From Malacoraja senta (lineage: Eukaryota): a DNA stretch of 64,000 nt. Below, piece after piece: positions 50,081 to 62,704 of this stretch (positions within the stretch are counted from its first letter, which is position 1; each line of letters opens with the position of its first letter). Both the position numbers and the translations under genes were made by a program. The stretch is from assembly GCA_038087875.1 (NCBI GenBank), contig CM075990.1, positions 8,744,001 to 8,808,000 of the forward strand, written 5' to 3'. The notes below the pieces were generated by a model that did not search any database, had not been told where the DNA came from, and saw nothing but the letters and a program-made list of their open reading frames with translations.

Positions 50081-52932
50081 AATGGACATTCTTGTAATGG
50101 GTATGAATCTATGACTCTATGTTTAGATGGGGCATCTTGGTTAGTTGGGCCGAAGGACCAAGCCAGGAATAACTCGGAAAACTATTTCTTTTGGCTCACT
50201 GCCATGTACAAATCCATTAAAAACTTGGACAATGGCAAGCAACTCCTTGCCAACAGGGAGAGGAATGAGTGTTGTGGAGTTATATGTCTGTTCCACTTAC
50301 ACGTCCCGTCCCATCCACCATCCCCGTCAGCTGTCTTTGTCCATACTTAATGGAGCTCATTTGCATCTAGGTTATCACATAACAGCTTCATTTTTATATT
50401 TAAACTTCAAAGACACTAAATTTTATTAGGATTTTCCACCTACTCTGTGTGTGTTTATCTTGTTCGCATAATTTAGGGCACTTAAACTCTCAAGTATAGA
50501 CTTACCGAGAGCAAGTCCCACTTAATATTTTGAATTTTGAAGCACTTCACATTATACAACACTTCAATAAAACACATTGTAAAATTGCAAATTCCCAAAG
50601 GTAAGTATTGTGAAGACTTAAGACTGAAGAATTAACTGAAAATCAACCAGAACCCTATTATGTAATGGAATATAGAACAGTACAGTGTGTGAGGGGGAAC
50701 TGCAGATGCTGGTTTAAACTGAAGACAGACACAAAAGCTGGAGTAACTCCAGCTTGTTGTGTCTGTCTTCGGCATTGAACAGCACAGCACAAGAACAGGC
50801 CCTTCGGCCCACAATGTCTGTGCTGAACAAGATGCCAAGACAAGCACTTATCTACCTGTGCATAACCCATATCTCTCCATTCCTTGCATATACCCATGCC
50901 TATCCCAAAGTTGTTTAAATGCCACTAACGTATCTGCTTCAACCAGCAGCACATTCCAGGCACTCACCATTGCCTGTGTAAAACCCCCTTTTTTTTTCTT
51001 TGCCCCTCTCACCTTGAACCTATACCCTCTAGTATTTGATTTTTCTATACAAGCTTTGAAACCGCTTTTCCACTGCAGTGGAGATATGAGGGTGACAGAG
51101 CGGCACAGTTAGATGCAATCATGACCCGTTGGGTTTCTCCAGCACATTGTCATAGAGTCATAGAGAGATACAGTGTGGAAACAGGCCCTTTGGCCCAACT
51201 TGCCCACACCGGCCAAAATGTCCAGCTACACTAATCCCACCTGCCTGCGTTTGGTCCATATCCCTCCAAACATGTCCTATCCATGTACATGTCCAACTGG
51301 TTCTTAAATGTTGGGGATAGTCCCAGCCTCAACTACCTCCTGTGGCAGCTTGTTCCATACACCTACACTATTGTGTTAGTACAATGGCTGCCTTACCATT
51401 CCAGTATCATGGATTTCATCCTGATCTCTGCCATCACCTTGCATATATTTCCTCTGTCAGTGTCCTCCCAGTGCCCTCTGGTCCTCCCAAATTCACACGG
51501 GTTGGTGGCTTAATTGGCCACAGTGAATTAGCCTTAGTGTACAGAAGAAGGGTGGGATTTAGAAGGGTTGGAAAGGAATCTAAGGAGAATAACATTGATG
51601 CAGTTTAGGATTTAGTGTTAAGGATGCTTGCCTTTTCATATGAACATGATGAGCCCAAGGCTTGCCTCTCTGCTGTATGACTGTCACTCTGATTTTGTGT
51701 GGAATCTAACTGGGGGAATAAGAAACCATATCATGAGGGAATCCACACTATTAGAGTCGTAACAGAGCAGAGTGTGTTTTACATTCAGTGTTGAAATTGG
51801 TGTATTGAGAAGGATTAAAATCAATAATCTCAGAGTGGATAAAACTCTATCTGCTGAAATGAAACATCTGATACTAGGGGAATATTGTCAGTTTTAGCTT
51901 GTAGCTACATGATTAAAATGTAGCTTTAAAGTCAATTATTTGCGAGACCATCCGTGGAATGCAGCCATGTGGAAACTAGGACGAAAGGCAGCAAAGATCA
52001 ACAAAATCATTCTCCATATCGGATATCCTGATAGAGAATTAATGAATTGCTGTTGAAGTTATGGGAGGTATTGGAACTCATCTGAGAAATAACAAAACAC
52101 AAGGAATTGCAATTGCTGGTTGTGCTCACAAGGTGCTGGAGTAACTCAGTTGGTCAGGCAGCATATCTGGAGATCATGGATAGGTGATATTTCAGGTCAC
52201 TTCTTCAGTTTCTTCAGTCTGAGGAAGGGTTCCAACCTGAAACATTGATTATCCTTCTCCAGAGATGCTGCCTGACCTATTAAGTGAGGATGTACATCCT
52301 CTAAGCTTATTTTTTTGAGGTGCCACAACAACATTGTATTGTTTAGAACATATAAAGACATAGAACAGTACAACACATAAAGAGGCACTTTGGTCCACAA
52401 TGTCCATGCCAAACACAATGTCAGGTTCTACTAATTGGATCCATATCCTTTTATTCCCTGCATGGGATGCAAGCAGAAGCCTCCACCTGGCGCATCCCGG
52501 GCAATGCTGATGACAGGAACTGTACCACAGTGACTGACTGAAGTAGCCAATTCTGCAACCACCGACCGTCAACCGTCACTGACCGACCGGAAAGACGTGA
52601 TATAGAAGATGGCCGGACACGAGGAAGAAGATTCCCTGCATATACATGTGCCTTATTTAAAACCCCCTTACATTCAACTATCGTATGTCTCCACCACCAC
52701 CCCTGACAGCGCATTCCAGCCACCCATCACTCTTTATGTAAAAAACGTACCCTGCACATCTCCTTTTAATTTTGCCCTTTTCATCGTTCCCGGGTCCTGC
52801 ATTGTTCTTCACGGCTCATCATCCCCCCCCCCCCCCCCACCCCACGCAGGTCCTCCATTGTTCTTCATGGCAGTCCCCCCCTCTCACGCCGGGTTCCTAT
52901 TGTCATCTATGCCACTCTGAATTTTATGAATT

Positions 52933-54007
52933 GTCAGGTTGGAGGCCGGTGACTAGTGGCGTGCCTCAGGGGTCTGTGTTGGGTCCACTGTTGTTTGTCA
53001 TGTACATCAATGATCTGGATGATGGTGTGGAAAATTGGATTAGTAAGTATGCAGATGATAGTAAGATAGGTGGTGTTGTGGATAATGAAGTAGATTTTCA
53101 AAGTCTACAGAGAGATTTAGGCCATTTGGAAGAGTGGGCTGAAAGATGGCAGATGGAGTTTAATGCTGACAAATGTGAGGTGCTACATCTCGGCAGGACA
53201 AATCAAAATAGGACGTACACGGTAAATGGTAGCGAATTGAGGAATGCAGTTGAACAGAGGGATCTAGGAATAACTGTGCATAGTTCCCTGAAGGTGGAAT
53301 CTCATGTAGATAGGGTGGTAAAGAAAGCTTTTGGTGTGCTGGCCTTTATAAATCAGAGCATTGAATATAGAAGTTGGGATGTAATGTTAAAATTGTACAA
53401 GGCATTGGTGAGGCCAATTCTGGAGTATGGAGTACAATTTTGGTCGCCTAATTATAGGAAGGATGTCAACAAAATAGAGAGAGTACAGAGGAGATTTACC
53501 AGAATGTTGCCTGGGTTTCAGCAACTAAGTTACAGAGAAAGGTTGAACAAGTTAGGTCTTTATTCTTTGGAGCGCAGAAGGTTAAGAGGGGACTTGATAG
53601 AGGTCTTTAAAATTATGAGCGGGTTAGACAGAGTGGACGTGGATAAGCTTTTCCCTTTGAGAGTAGGGAAGATTCAAACAAGGGGACATGACTTGAGAAT
53701 TAAGGGACGGAAGTTTAGGGGGAACATTAGGGGGAACTTCTTTACTCAGAGAGTGGTAGCTGTGTGGAATGAGCTTCCAGTGGAAGTGGTGGAGGCAGGT
53801 TCGATGTTATCCTTTAAAAATAGATTGGATGGGTATATGGACGGGAAAGGAATGGAGGGTTATGGTCTGAGTGCAGGTAGATGGGACTAGGGGGAAGTAT
53901 TTATTTTTAATTTTAAAAAAAATTAAAAAAAATGTTCGGCATGGACTGAAGGGCCGAGATGGCCTGTTTCCGTGCTGTTATGGTTATATGGTTATATATG
54001 GTTATAT
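52933..54007 (+). mobile_element. Young 5'-truncated CR1 LINE (RT C-terminal half, open frame to 53890)
   Basis: SGWRPVTSGVPQGSVLGPLLF...KYADDSKIGG...QFWSP...FFTQRVVAVWNELP; (tatatggt)n tail; sits within an older minus-strand CR1 (~52620-54430). Confidence 0.95.
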
Positions 54008-54938
54008 ACTTCTATCCCTCAGCTTCCGATGCTCCAGAGAAAACAATCCAAGTTTGTCTAACCTCTCCTATGCTTAATACCCTCTAATCCTGGCAGCATT
54101 CTGGTAAACCTCTCATGCATCCTCTCCAAAACCTCCACATCCTTCCTGTAGAGAGGTGATCAGATCTCCACACAATATTTAAAATATGCCCTAACCAAAG
54201 TGCTTGAAACCTGCAAACATATTCCTGACTCTTATACTCAAAGCCCTGACCAATGTAGGCAAGCGTACCATATACATCTTCTTTACCCATTATTTACTTG
54301 ACTTGCTACTTATGGGAGCTATGGACTTGAAGCCCAAGATCCCTCTGAACATTAATACTGCTAAGGCTCTCACCATTAACTGTATACTGTTCTCTTACCT
54401 ACAACCTTCTAAAATGCAATACCTCACACTTGCTTGGAACAAACTCTATTTGCCATTTCTCCATAAATCTAATCACATTTCAACCATAGCATCATCACAC
54501 CACCATTCTGACATTTTCATACATGAACTATATCATTCTGTCTGCATTGTGGACATCTTCCATCCTGTCATGATTCATTCATGAAAACACAATCAACTAA
54601 TGTTACCAAAGACAATGATTGATCGTAGTTAAGTAGATTGAAGAACAAGGCCTAAGATACATTTGAAGCCTTGATTGATTGTGGAGCAAAAGAGCCATTA
54701 CCCAGGATCACGTTTTGGAAGACAGGGCAGGATATTTCCTTATCTGCTCCCAGCAAGCTGACCCCTAATGCCAAGTCAGAGAGCAAGGTTAATGGGGGCG
54801 AATGAAGTTATGAATGGGCACAACCCTAAACAGCAAGCAAATTCAACAACAGCAATTTGCAGTTACACAGCACTTTTCATATAGTAGAGCATGCCAAATA
54901 GTTCACTGGGAAATTTATATTAAAAACACATTTACACA

Positions 54939-55230
54939 GGGCAGCACAGTGGCACAGTGGTAGAGTTGCTGTCTTATAACACCAGAGACTCGGGTTCGAT
55001 TCTGATCTTGGGTGCTATCTGTACAGAGTTCCCACGTTCTCCCTGTGACCGTGTGGGTTTTCTCCAGGTGCTCAGGTTTCCTCACTCCCGCACTCCAAAG
55101 ACACGCAGGTTTGTAAGTTAACTGGCTTCTGTAAATGGTAAATTGTCCCTAGTGCGTAGGATATTGTTAATGTACGGGATGATCATTGATCATTGGTCGG
55201 CGCGGCCTTGTTGGGGCAGAAGGGCCTGCC
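54939..55230 (+). mobile_element. HE1-like V-SINE
   Basis: Family sequence. Confidence 0.8.
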
Positions 55231-56379
55231 TTCACATTGCATTTGTAAAGTCTGAAGTCAAACTGGAGAGAATGTCAGCTCGTGCCTGCTCGCTCAGTTG
55301 CTTCACATCAGTTTCACCAAGATACGTTGAAAGGACAAAGATATCCTTCATTTAGCCTGTGACAGGACTACCTGCTGGACCATAAAACGACTTGATGTTA
55401 CGTTTTAAATAGTGCGATGTTTGGAAAGGCAACTGCTATTTGTGAGCACAGCAAGATTTGTGATGAGTTAATTTGTGACTTTGCTGGTCTTGATCAGCCA
55501 GGAGATCAGGACCTGTTGTTCTTGGATCGGTGCCCAAGTGGCAATGTAATGCCCATGCAAACAGGCAGCAGGGGATTTACATCCACACACATTATTTCCC
55601 AGGTCAGTTCCAATATCTCCCTCAAACACCTTGGTCATGAGCCTCGTTGATACGCGGGTGCAAGTAAATATAATTATTTTTGAGTTTGGAAATCAGTGGG
55701 CAATTACATGAAATAATTTGGTGCTTTAAGCAACGGAATGATCATGGAGATTTTATTTTCCCCACTGGGGTATAGATGAAGGAAGCGAGCGTGTGCTAAA
55801 GATGCTGCTGGTGGTAGCTGTTCTGATACACAGCATGGAGGTGCTGCTGGAGCTGTGAACAGCTGACATTCCTGCAGAGTTTCTGACCCGCTGCTTTACC
55901 CAGGCCTGTTTGCTCAGCATGCACCCAGTTCATCCATCTGTGCCTGTGTAAGTGGAAGGTACGTTACCTTCTATTAACTCTCCTGCCACCAGATCAGATG
56001 TGAGGTGTTCGTCTTATCATTCTTGCGCAATAGTCGGCTGTGAAGACCGGCACACCTTTGCCTGTGCTGGTGCCCCACAGGAGGGGATGTCCTGAGATGA
56101 GGACACAGCATGGAGTAAGTAGCACTAGGGAGTCTAGCATAGCACGGCACTGTTCACATGGTGCAGCTCAGTCCATCATTGCACAACATAGTCCAGCGCT
56201 GCCAAATGCAACAAGGCATAGCTCAGCCTCGCATAATACAGCCTAGCTGTCCAACATAGAAGATAAACACAAAATGCTGGAGTAACTCGGGACAGGCAGC
56301 ATTTCTGGAGAGACCATACTGCTGCCTGAGGAAGGGTCTCGACCTGAAACGTCACCCATTCCTTCTCTCCAGAGATGCT

Positions 56380-57224
56380 TAGACTTAGACTTAGATTCCT
56401 TTATTGTCATTCAGACCTTTCGGTCTGAACGAAATTTCGTTGCCTGCAGTCATACATATAATAATAAATAACAAAACACACAATAAACACAAATTAACAT
56501 CCACCACAGTGAGTTCACCAGGCACCTCCTCACTGTGATGGAGGCAAAAGTCTTAAAGTCTCTGTCTCTTCCCTCTTTGTTCTCCCTCTGCGCTGAGGCG
56601 ATCCAGGCTTCTGACGTTGTCACCCCGCCGGATGATGGTAAGTCAGTCCCTCGGCTGAATCCGTGCTCCGTCCGCGATGGGCCGGTTCAAACTCCGCGGC
56701 CCGGGGTGGTCGAAGCTGCCGAAGCTGCCGCCCTCCAGTCCAGCGGACGCAGCTGTAGTTGCGGGAGCCCCAGAAAAACAGGTCACCCACCTGTGACCTG
56801 CGCGCTCCCGACGATGTCGTCCACCGGGCCCGCGGCCGAGCCTCCGGATTCAGGTCGCCACCAGTGTCCTCGGTCGCCACCGCCGGAACGCCACCGCAGC
56901 CCCGAAGCCGGCCAGCCCCGCGCTGGTAAGTCCTGGCTCTGCCTCCGGAGCCTCGAGGTCGGTCGGTCGCAGTTGGAGTTGGAGGCCGGCAGCTCCGCCA
57001 TTTTGGCCTCAGCGCAGACGGAGGCAGAGAAGGGGGATACGACAAGAAAAAGTCGCATTCCCCCGAAGGAAGAGACAAAAGTCATGTTTCACCCCCCCCC
57101 CCCCCAACACATAACCCAATAAACTAAAATTTAACTAAAACAGGACAAAAAGAAAACAACAAAAAAAGTAAAAGCAGACAGATTGCAGGCGAGCCGCAGC
57201 TGTGCAACAGCGCCGCCACTTCCG
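56380..57224 (-). mobile_element. 845-bp GC-rich non-autonomous non-LTR retroelement
   Basis: TSD gatgct (56374-56379 / 57225-57230); minus strand starts CGGAAGTGGCGGCG and ends with a GAAA-tetraloop hairpin, AATAAA and a (tctaag)n tail; no recognisable protein. Confidence 0.75.
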
Positions 57225-57710
57225 GATGCTGCCTGTCTTGTTGAGTCTTATTGTCTATAACTCATTTCCACCTGGTCCCGAGCTAACAATGGACCTTTCC
57301 CTTTATCATCGTTACTTTTTTGCATATCTACATCATTGTTTTACTTCGGAGTCACGTGAGTGACTACGTGAATAGAAGGCCGTCAGCCCGCATGCGCGTC
57401 ATTACGTCTAGCGCATTGCGCAACGGCTGACTGGGAGGCGCGCTGCTCCTTCCAGCGGTAAGTTTAAACCTACAGGTAAGTTTCAAGACTTATTTGTAGG
57501 TTCTGCTTTTTGTGTTGCAGGAAGCTCTTTACAGAGTTTGCCTGCTGAATTTCGGGGCGACGTCCGGACGGGCCGCGGGGAATCCGGTTATGGACCATGG
57601 GGAATCGCGGTCCGCACAGCGGAAGTGCGGGTAGCCGGCGGACGTCGGGTTCGCTACCTAAGTCACTGACAATGGGGTTAGCGGCTCCTAGGCTCCTAGG
57701 TCAGCGGCTC

Positions 57711-57915
57711 CTATGGTTCCCCACAATGGGGGTAAATCCAGCAGTAAGCCGGTCTCGCAACCCGAGTCACTGACAGTGCGGTCAGCGACTCCCAGACCGC
57801 TATGGTGCCCCAGAAAGGGGGTAAAACCAGCAGTAAGCCGGTCTCGCAACCCGAGTCGCTGACAGTGCGGTCAGCGGCTCCTAGACCGCTATGGTGCCCC
57901 AGAAATGGGTCAAAC
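57711..57915 (+). repeat. 89-bp tandem repeat (~2.3 copies) inside the DIRS element
   Basis: ctatggt recurs at 57711, 57800 and 57889 with near-identical intervening sequence. Confidence 0.9.
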
Positions 57916-58928
57916 CACAAGTAAGTCGTTCAGGCCTTAGGACTCGGGTGAGTCGGGCCAGGAGGGTTCCCCTCCTTCAATGGGTGCGTCTACGGATGCC
58001 TAAACCCACATGCAGCACCTGATGGAGAGGTTGCTCCACAATAATCCTCCAAAGGAGGGAGTTATCAGCGCGGGTCTCCTCGGGGGCCCGTGGCAGCGGC
58101 AGCGGCACCTGTTTCGGGGCTGCACAATGTCTCCCTCTCTGAGGAGGGGCGCATTCAGGGTCAGTTTCAGCTCAGAGCAAAAATCCTGATATAGGTCTGT
58201 AGGAGGGGCCATGTCAGCGCAGGTATCCTCAGTGGCCTGCGGCAGCACCTGTTTTCAGGGCTGCCTACGAATCCCCTTCTCTGTGGAGGGGAGTGCTAGG
58301 AAATACTCGCTAGTGAAGGGGTTACTGCCGGAAGAATTGGTTCCAGCCGTTGGCAGAAAACCCGGAAGGGGCCAGAGTTCCCCTCACGCTACAAGTGCCG
58401 GCAGTCAACAGCGCTATCAGGGTAGACATTGGAAGGAAATGAAACCAGACGCCGAATCTTCTCTTCAGGTAAGACTTATCCAACAGGTATACCTGGATGA
58501 GGAAGCAAAGCTGTCGGACTGATCAAGGTACCGACGACGAACAAAGCTTCATCGTATCGGCGACGACACACCCCACGCCTCATCGGCAGTAAGCAGTTCA
58601 CTGAAGCTGGTGGCAGCTTGAAAGCTGGGCAGAGGTCTTTCAGGCCTAGGTCCAAGCCGGTCTCAGGAAATATGGAATCCACATACACTACCATTCCTAC
58701 TCTCCAATCAAGGACGAGAATAGAACCCACATCAGGGGCCTTTGGGCTTACCATAAGACCACCGGTAACCATGGAGGTAGGTGGGTCTGGTTCTTCCGAA
58801 ACATGGAGTAAGTGGACCATTTACAAGTTGGGAATATTTACACTTGGTTTGTACAAATGAGAATGATAACATGTGATTGCATTATTATTGCACAGTATAC
58901 AAGGGTACCAAGTATGGTTTGGAATTGG

Positions 58929-59214
58929 GGCCAGAGTTGTCTTTCGAGGCAGGCTCAGTATTACGGCCAGGATTGCCCTCAGAGACAAGCTCAGAAATAT
59001 GGCCAGAGTTGTCTTTCGAGGCAGGCTCAGTATTATGGCCAGGATTACCTTTCGAGACAGGCTCGGAAATAAGGCCAGAGTTGTCTTTCGAGGCAGGCTC
59101 AGAATTGGCCAGAGTTGTCTTTCAAGACAGGCTCAGTATTATGGCCAGGATTACCTTTCGAGACAGGCTCGGGTATCTGGCCAGAGTTGCCGTTCGAGGC
59201 AGGCACGGCATTAT
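58929..59214 (+). repeat. 36-bp minisatellite (8 units, alternating A/B variants) inside the DIRS pol region
   Basis: Units start ggccag at 58929, 58965, 59001, 59037, 59073, 59107, 59143 and 59179. Confidence 0.92.
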
Positions 59215-60451
59215 GGCAGGCGTGGCCTGTTCATTGTGAAAGATGGAGGATGTCGGTTCATAATTGATTTAACTAGCTTGTGCAACATAGACTTTTCAGT
59301 ATATGGAACTTCGTGACTAAGATGCATACTATTCAGGTCCCATTCACAGGGATCACCGGAGACATTTGAAATGTATCTGGATGGGGCAATGATAACAGTT
59401 AATGCGTTGCAAATGGGCAAACTTCAGCTCCTAGGTCATCTATCAAATTACTAAACCAGTGCTTGGACTGCTCAGAGCTCTAAAACACTTGTTATGGCTT
59501 AGCTGGATGATATTCTAAACACTGTGTTTTGCTAAAATCAACTGTTTCAGCCGCAACTATATTTGAGAAATTGAGGTCCCTCATCCATCCAACTAGAGTT
59601 ATTGATTATTCGGATTTACCTTTAACTATTAATTTATCTGTGACTCCGCCCTGGGGCAAGAGATTGGAATCAATAGAAGCCTGTAACTACCTTGTTATCA
59701 AGCAGTCTTCTAACCATCAAGTGTAATTGGCAATATAGCAGCTGTGTTTCAGCTGTGTAATTGGGCCTTTGCATTATCAGAACTTACAACGTGCAAAGTA
59801 GTAACCTCTCAAGTGCCATATAGGTCATTGTTAACATACCTATGCTATTACCAGCTGAAGCTACCTAAGTCACAATGGTGGACAAACTATATTCAGCATT
59901 GCTCCAGTAGTTTTGGTCAATTAATCTTCAGTATATTAGAAACTGATGCTAGTGCTCAAAGATGGTAAATTACGAATGCCATCTCTAGTCACAGAGGCGG
60001 ATGGGATTTGCATGAATTACCAATTGTTCAGTTATTGGTATCAACTACCTATAGACACTAGGTGCATACTATGGGTTAAAGGGTTATTGTGCGAATATGC
60101 ATAAACTGCATGCTCAGTTCCAAATTGATACACTGTGGTGGTGGCATATATTAGTCACATGGGTGCAATCAAGTCAAAGTATCCTGTCATATTATAGTTT
60201 CCCCCGGAAGAGAGGGGTTACTATTATTATTATTTGTTCATTTATCAGCATCAGCATGTTTTAAATCTATGTCATGTCTGTATGCATTATGAATGTTTCC
60301 CTTATCTGTGGTCAACTGATGCAGTCGTGCTTGTGTGGACTCGTTTTTCCATGGCATGAAATCACAGAGCTTTAAAATCTTCAAGTAGTCACTCACGTGA
60401 CTTCGAAGTAAAATAGATTAAACGAGAACTTACCAGTTAAACGAGAACTTA

Positions 60452-62704
60452 CTACCTGATACATTAGCGGAATCAACGATTACATTAATACCTAAGAAAA
60501 ATAAAGACTTAGAAGAACCTGGTTCATATAGAGCTATAGCATTGTTAAACACAGATCAAAAAATATTAGCGAAAACATTAGCTAGAAGATTAAGTAAATA
60601 CATTAGTAAATTAATAAACCCAGATCAGACGGGGTTTATCCCTAAGAGATACTCATCTAACAATATGAGACGTCTACTCAACATAATGCACTCACACAAA
60701 TCTGAAGATCAAGAATTATCAATTATTTCGCTGGATGCTGAAAAAGCATTTGATCAAGTAGAATGGAATTATATGGACAAAGTATTACAAAAATTTCAAC
60801 TGGGGGAGAATTTTATTCTATGGATCAAGTTACTATATAACAAACCTACAGCTAGAATACTAACTAATAACATATTATCCTCGAAATTCCAACTATCAAG
60901 GGGAAATAGACAAGGATGCTCATTATCACCACAGCTGTTTGCTCTCATTATTGAACCGCTAGCAGAAAAAATTAGAATACACCCTGATATCCATGGATAT
61001 AATACGAAAGACTCATATAATAAAATATCTTTATACGCGGATGATATATTACTGTACATTACAAAACCTCAAATCACTATACCAAATATATTAAATTTAA
61101 TTGAAGACTTTGGATCTTTTTCTGGATATAGAATAAATTGGAATAAAAGTGAAATTATGTCAATAAAACCGAAAGATTCAACACATCTTTTAAAATTCCC
61201 TTTTAAAATAGCTACAGAAAAATTTAAATACTTGGGAATCGAAATTACCAGATCATATCAAGGTATGTTTAGGGCAAATTTTGACCCCTTACTTAATAAA
61301 TTAAACACACTAATTAAATTCTGGAAAACGCTCCCGATGTCTTTAATAGGCCGAATAAACGCAATAAAAATGATCTTTTTACCACAAATTTTATACCTAT
61401 TTCAATCAATTCCTATATATTTACCAAAGAAGTTTAAAAAAAAACTCGACTCAGATATCACTAATTTTATATGGAACTATAAATCACATAGAATACAAAA
61501 AACTCATCTGAATAAACCTAAAGTATTAGGGGGTTTAGCACTACCTAATTTTATGTATTATTATTGGTCAGTAAATATTAAAAATATGATTCAACTGATG
61601 GATAACTCCGCCCAGCAAGTGGACTGGATTGTAATGGAGAAAGAGGATTGCTCCTCTAGAAACATTGGAGCGATCCTCCTCTCTCCAATGAAACTGAATA
61701 ACATAAATTATAATAAGAACCCAATTATTCATAGTACAATCCGAATTTGGAAACAAATAAAACAAAATTTAAAATTAAGAAATTTATCACTTTTATTACC
61801 TATAGTCAATAACCCTTCGTTTAATCCTTCTATTATAGATAAAGCTTATACACAATGGGATAGATTAGGAATTAAAACGCTTGGTGACTTGTATGAAACT
61901 GGAAAATTACTTTCATTTCAACAATTACAAATAAAATATAAACTCGGAAATAATCAATATTTTAAATATTTTCAAATATGTGACTATTTGAAAAAATATA
62001 CAAAAGATCATTATAATAACCCAGTAGATGTATTGGACGAGGCAATGCAGATAAAAGCGGAATCAGCAAACTTAATATCTTATTTGTATAATATTATCTT
62101 AAATGTACAAATACCACCTACGGAGGGTATCAGAAGAGACTGGGAACAAGAGTTAGCTATTAAAATTTCAAAGGAAAGTTGGAATGAATACTTATTAAAC
62201 GTGCATAAATGCTCGATTAATGTAAGACACACTTTAATACAATTTAAAATTTTACATAGATTATATTATTCGAAAACTAAAATTCATAAAATTTTCCCAA
62301 ATGTATCATCTATTTGTGATAAATGTCAATCCCAAGAAGCTACTATAGCGCACTCATTCGTTTTCTGTACTAAAATTCAAAAATTTTGGAATGAAATTTT
62401 TGAAATCTTTACAAAGTTATTTAAAACAAGACTGATACCCAAAGCAGAATGGATTATCTTCGGTATAACGGAAGATGGTCCAGAACTAAATGTGTTTCAA
62501 AAGAAACTAATGGACTATGGGTTAATAATAGGAAAAAAGCTAATTCTAAAATTTTGGAAGAAGGCTCCAATACCAACTATAAATATGTGGATTTCAAATA
62601 TGTTTGAAACATTACACCTAGAAGAGATAAGACTCCTCCTAGCAGGTAAACCAGATCACTTCCACCTGATGTGGTCTGCATTTATAGAATTATTACAAAC
62701 ATAG
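60452..62704 (+). CDS. L1-clade ORF2 fragment: reverse transcriptase + C-terminal CCHC region (no start codon, endonuclease missing)
   Basis: DQTGFI, SLDAEKAFD, RQGCSLSP, LYADD, INWNKS, KYLGI, CDKCQSQEATIAHSFVFC; no stops over ~750 codons. Confidence 0.9.
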   Translation, partial: LPDTLAESTITLIPKKNKDLEEPGSYRAIALLNTDQKILAKTLARRLSKYISKLINPDQTGFIPKRYSSNNMRRLLNIMHSHKSEDQELSIISLDAEKAFDQVEWNYMDKVLQKFQLGENFILWIKLLYNKPTARILTNNILSSKFQLSRGNRQGCSLSPQLFALIIEPLAEKIRIHPDIHGYNTKDSYNKISLYADDILLYITKPQITIPNILNLIEDFGSFSGYRINWNKSEIMSIKPKDSTHLLKFPFKIATEKFKYLGIEITRSYQGMFRANFDPLLNKLNTLIKFWKTLPMSLIGRINAIKMIFLPQILYLFQSIPIYLPKKFKKKLDSDITNFIWNYKSHRIQKTHLNKPKVLGGLALPNFMYYYWSVNIKNMIQLMDNSAQQVDWIVMEKEDCSSRNIGAILLSPMKLNNINYNKNPIIHSTIRIWKQIKQNLKLRNLSLLLPIVNNPSFNPSIIDKAYTQWDRLGIKTLGDLYETGKLLSFQQLQIKYKLGNNQYFKYFQICDYLKKYTKDHYNNPVDVLDEAMQIKAESANLISYLYNIILNVQIPPTEGIRRDWEQELAIKISKESWNEYLLNVHKCSINVRHTLIQFKILHRLYYSKTKIHKIFPNVSSICDKCQSQEATIAHSFVFCTKIQKFWNEIFEIFTKLFKTRLIPKAEWIIFGITEDGPELNVFQKKLMDYGLIIGKKLILKFWKKAPIPTINMWISNMFETLHLEEIRLLLAGKPDHFHLMWSAFIELLQT

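Noticed and set aside
56535..57122. 195-aa GC-rich ORF or host CpG-island promoter
   Set aside because: Lies within a TSD-bounded repeat with other copies in the window; no recognisable domain.
58929..59214. CRISPR-like 36-bp periodicity
   Set aside because: Units are head-to-tail with no unique spacers, there are no cas genes, and the context is a vertebrate retrotransposon.
60542..62704. Novel host gene or bacterial-type RT system
   Set aside because: Standard L1-clade ORF2 motifs, 5' truncation, poly(A) tail and a second copy at 37727-38142.
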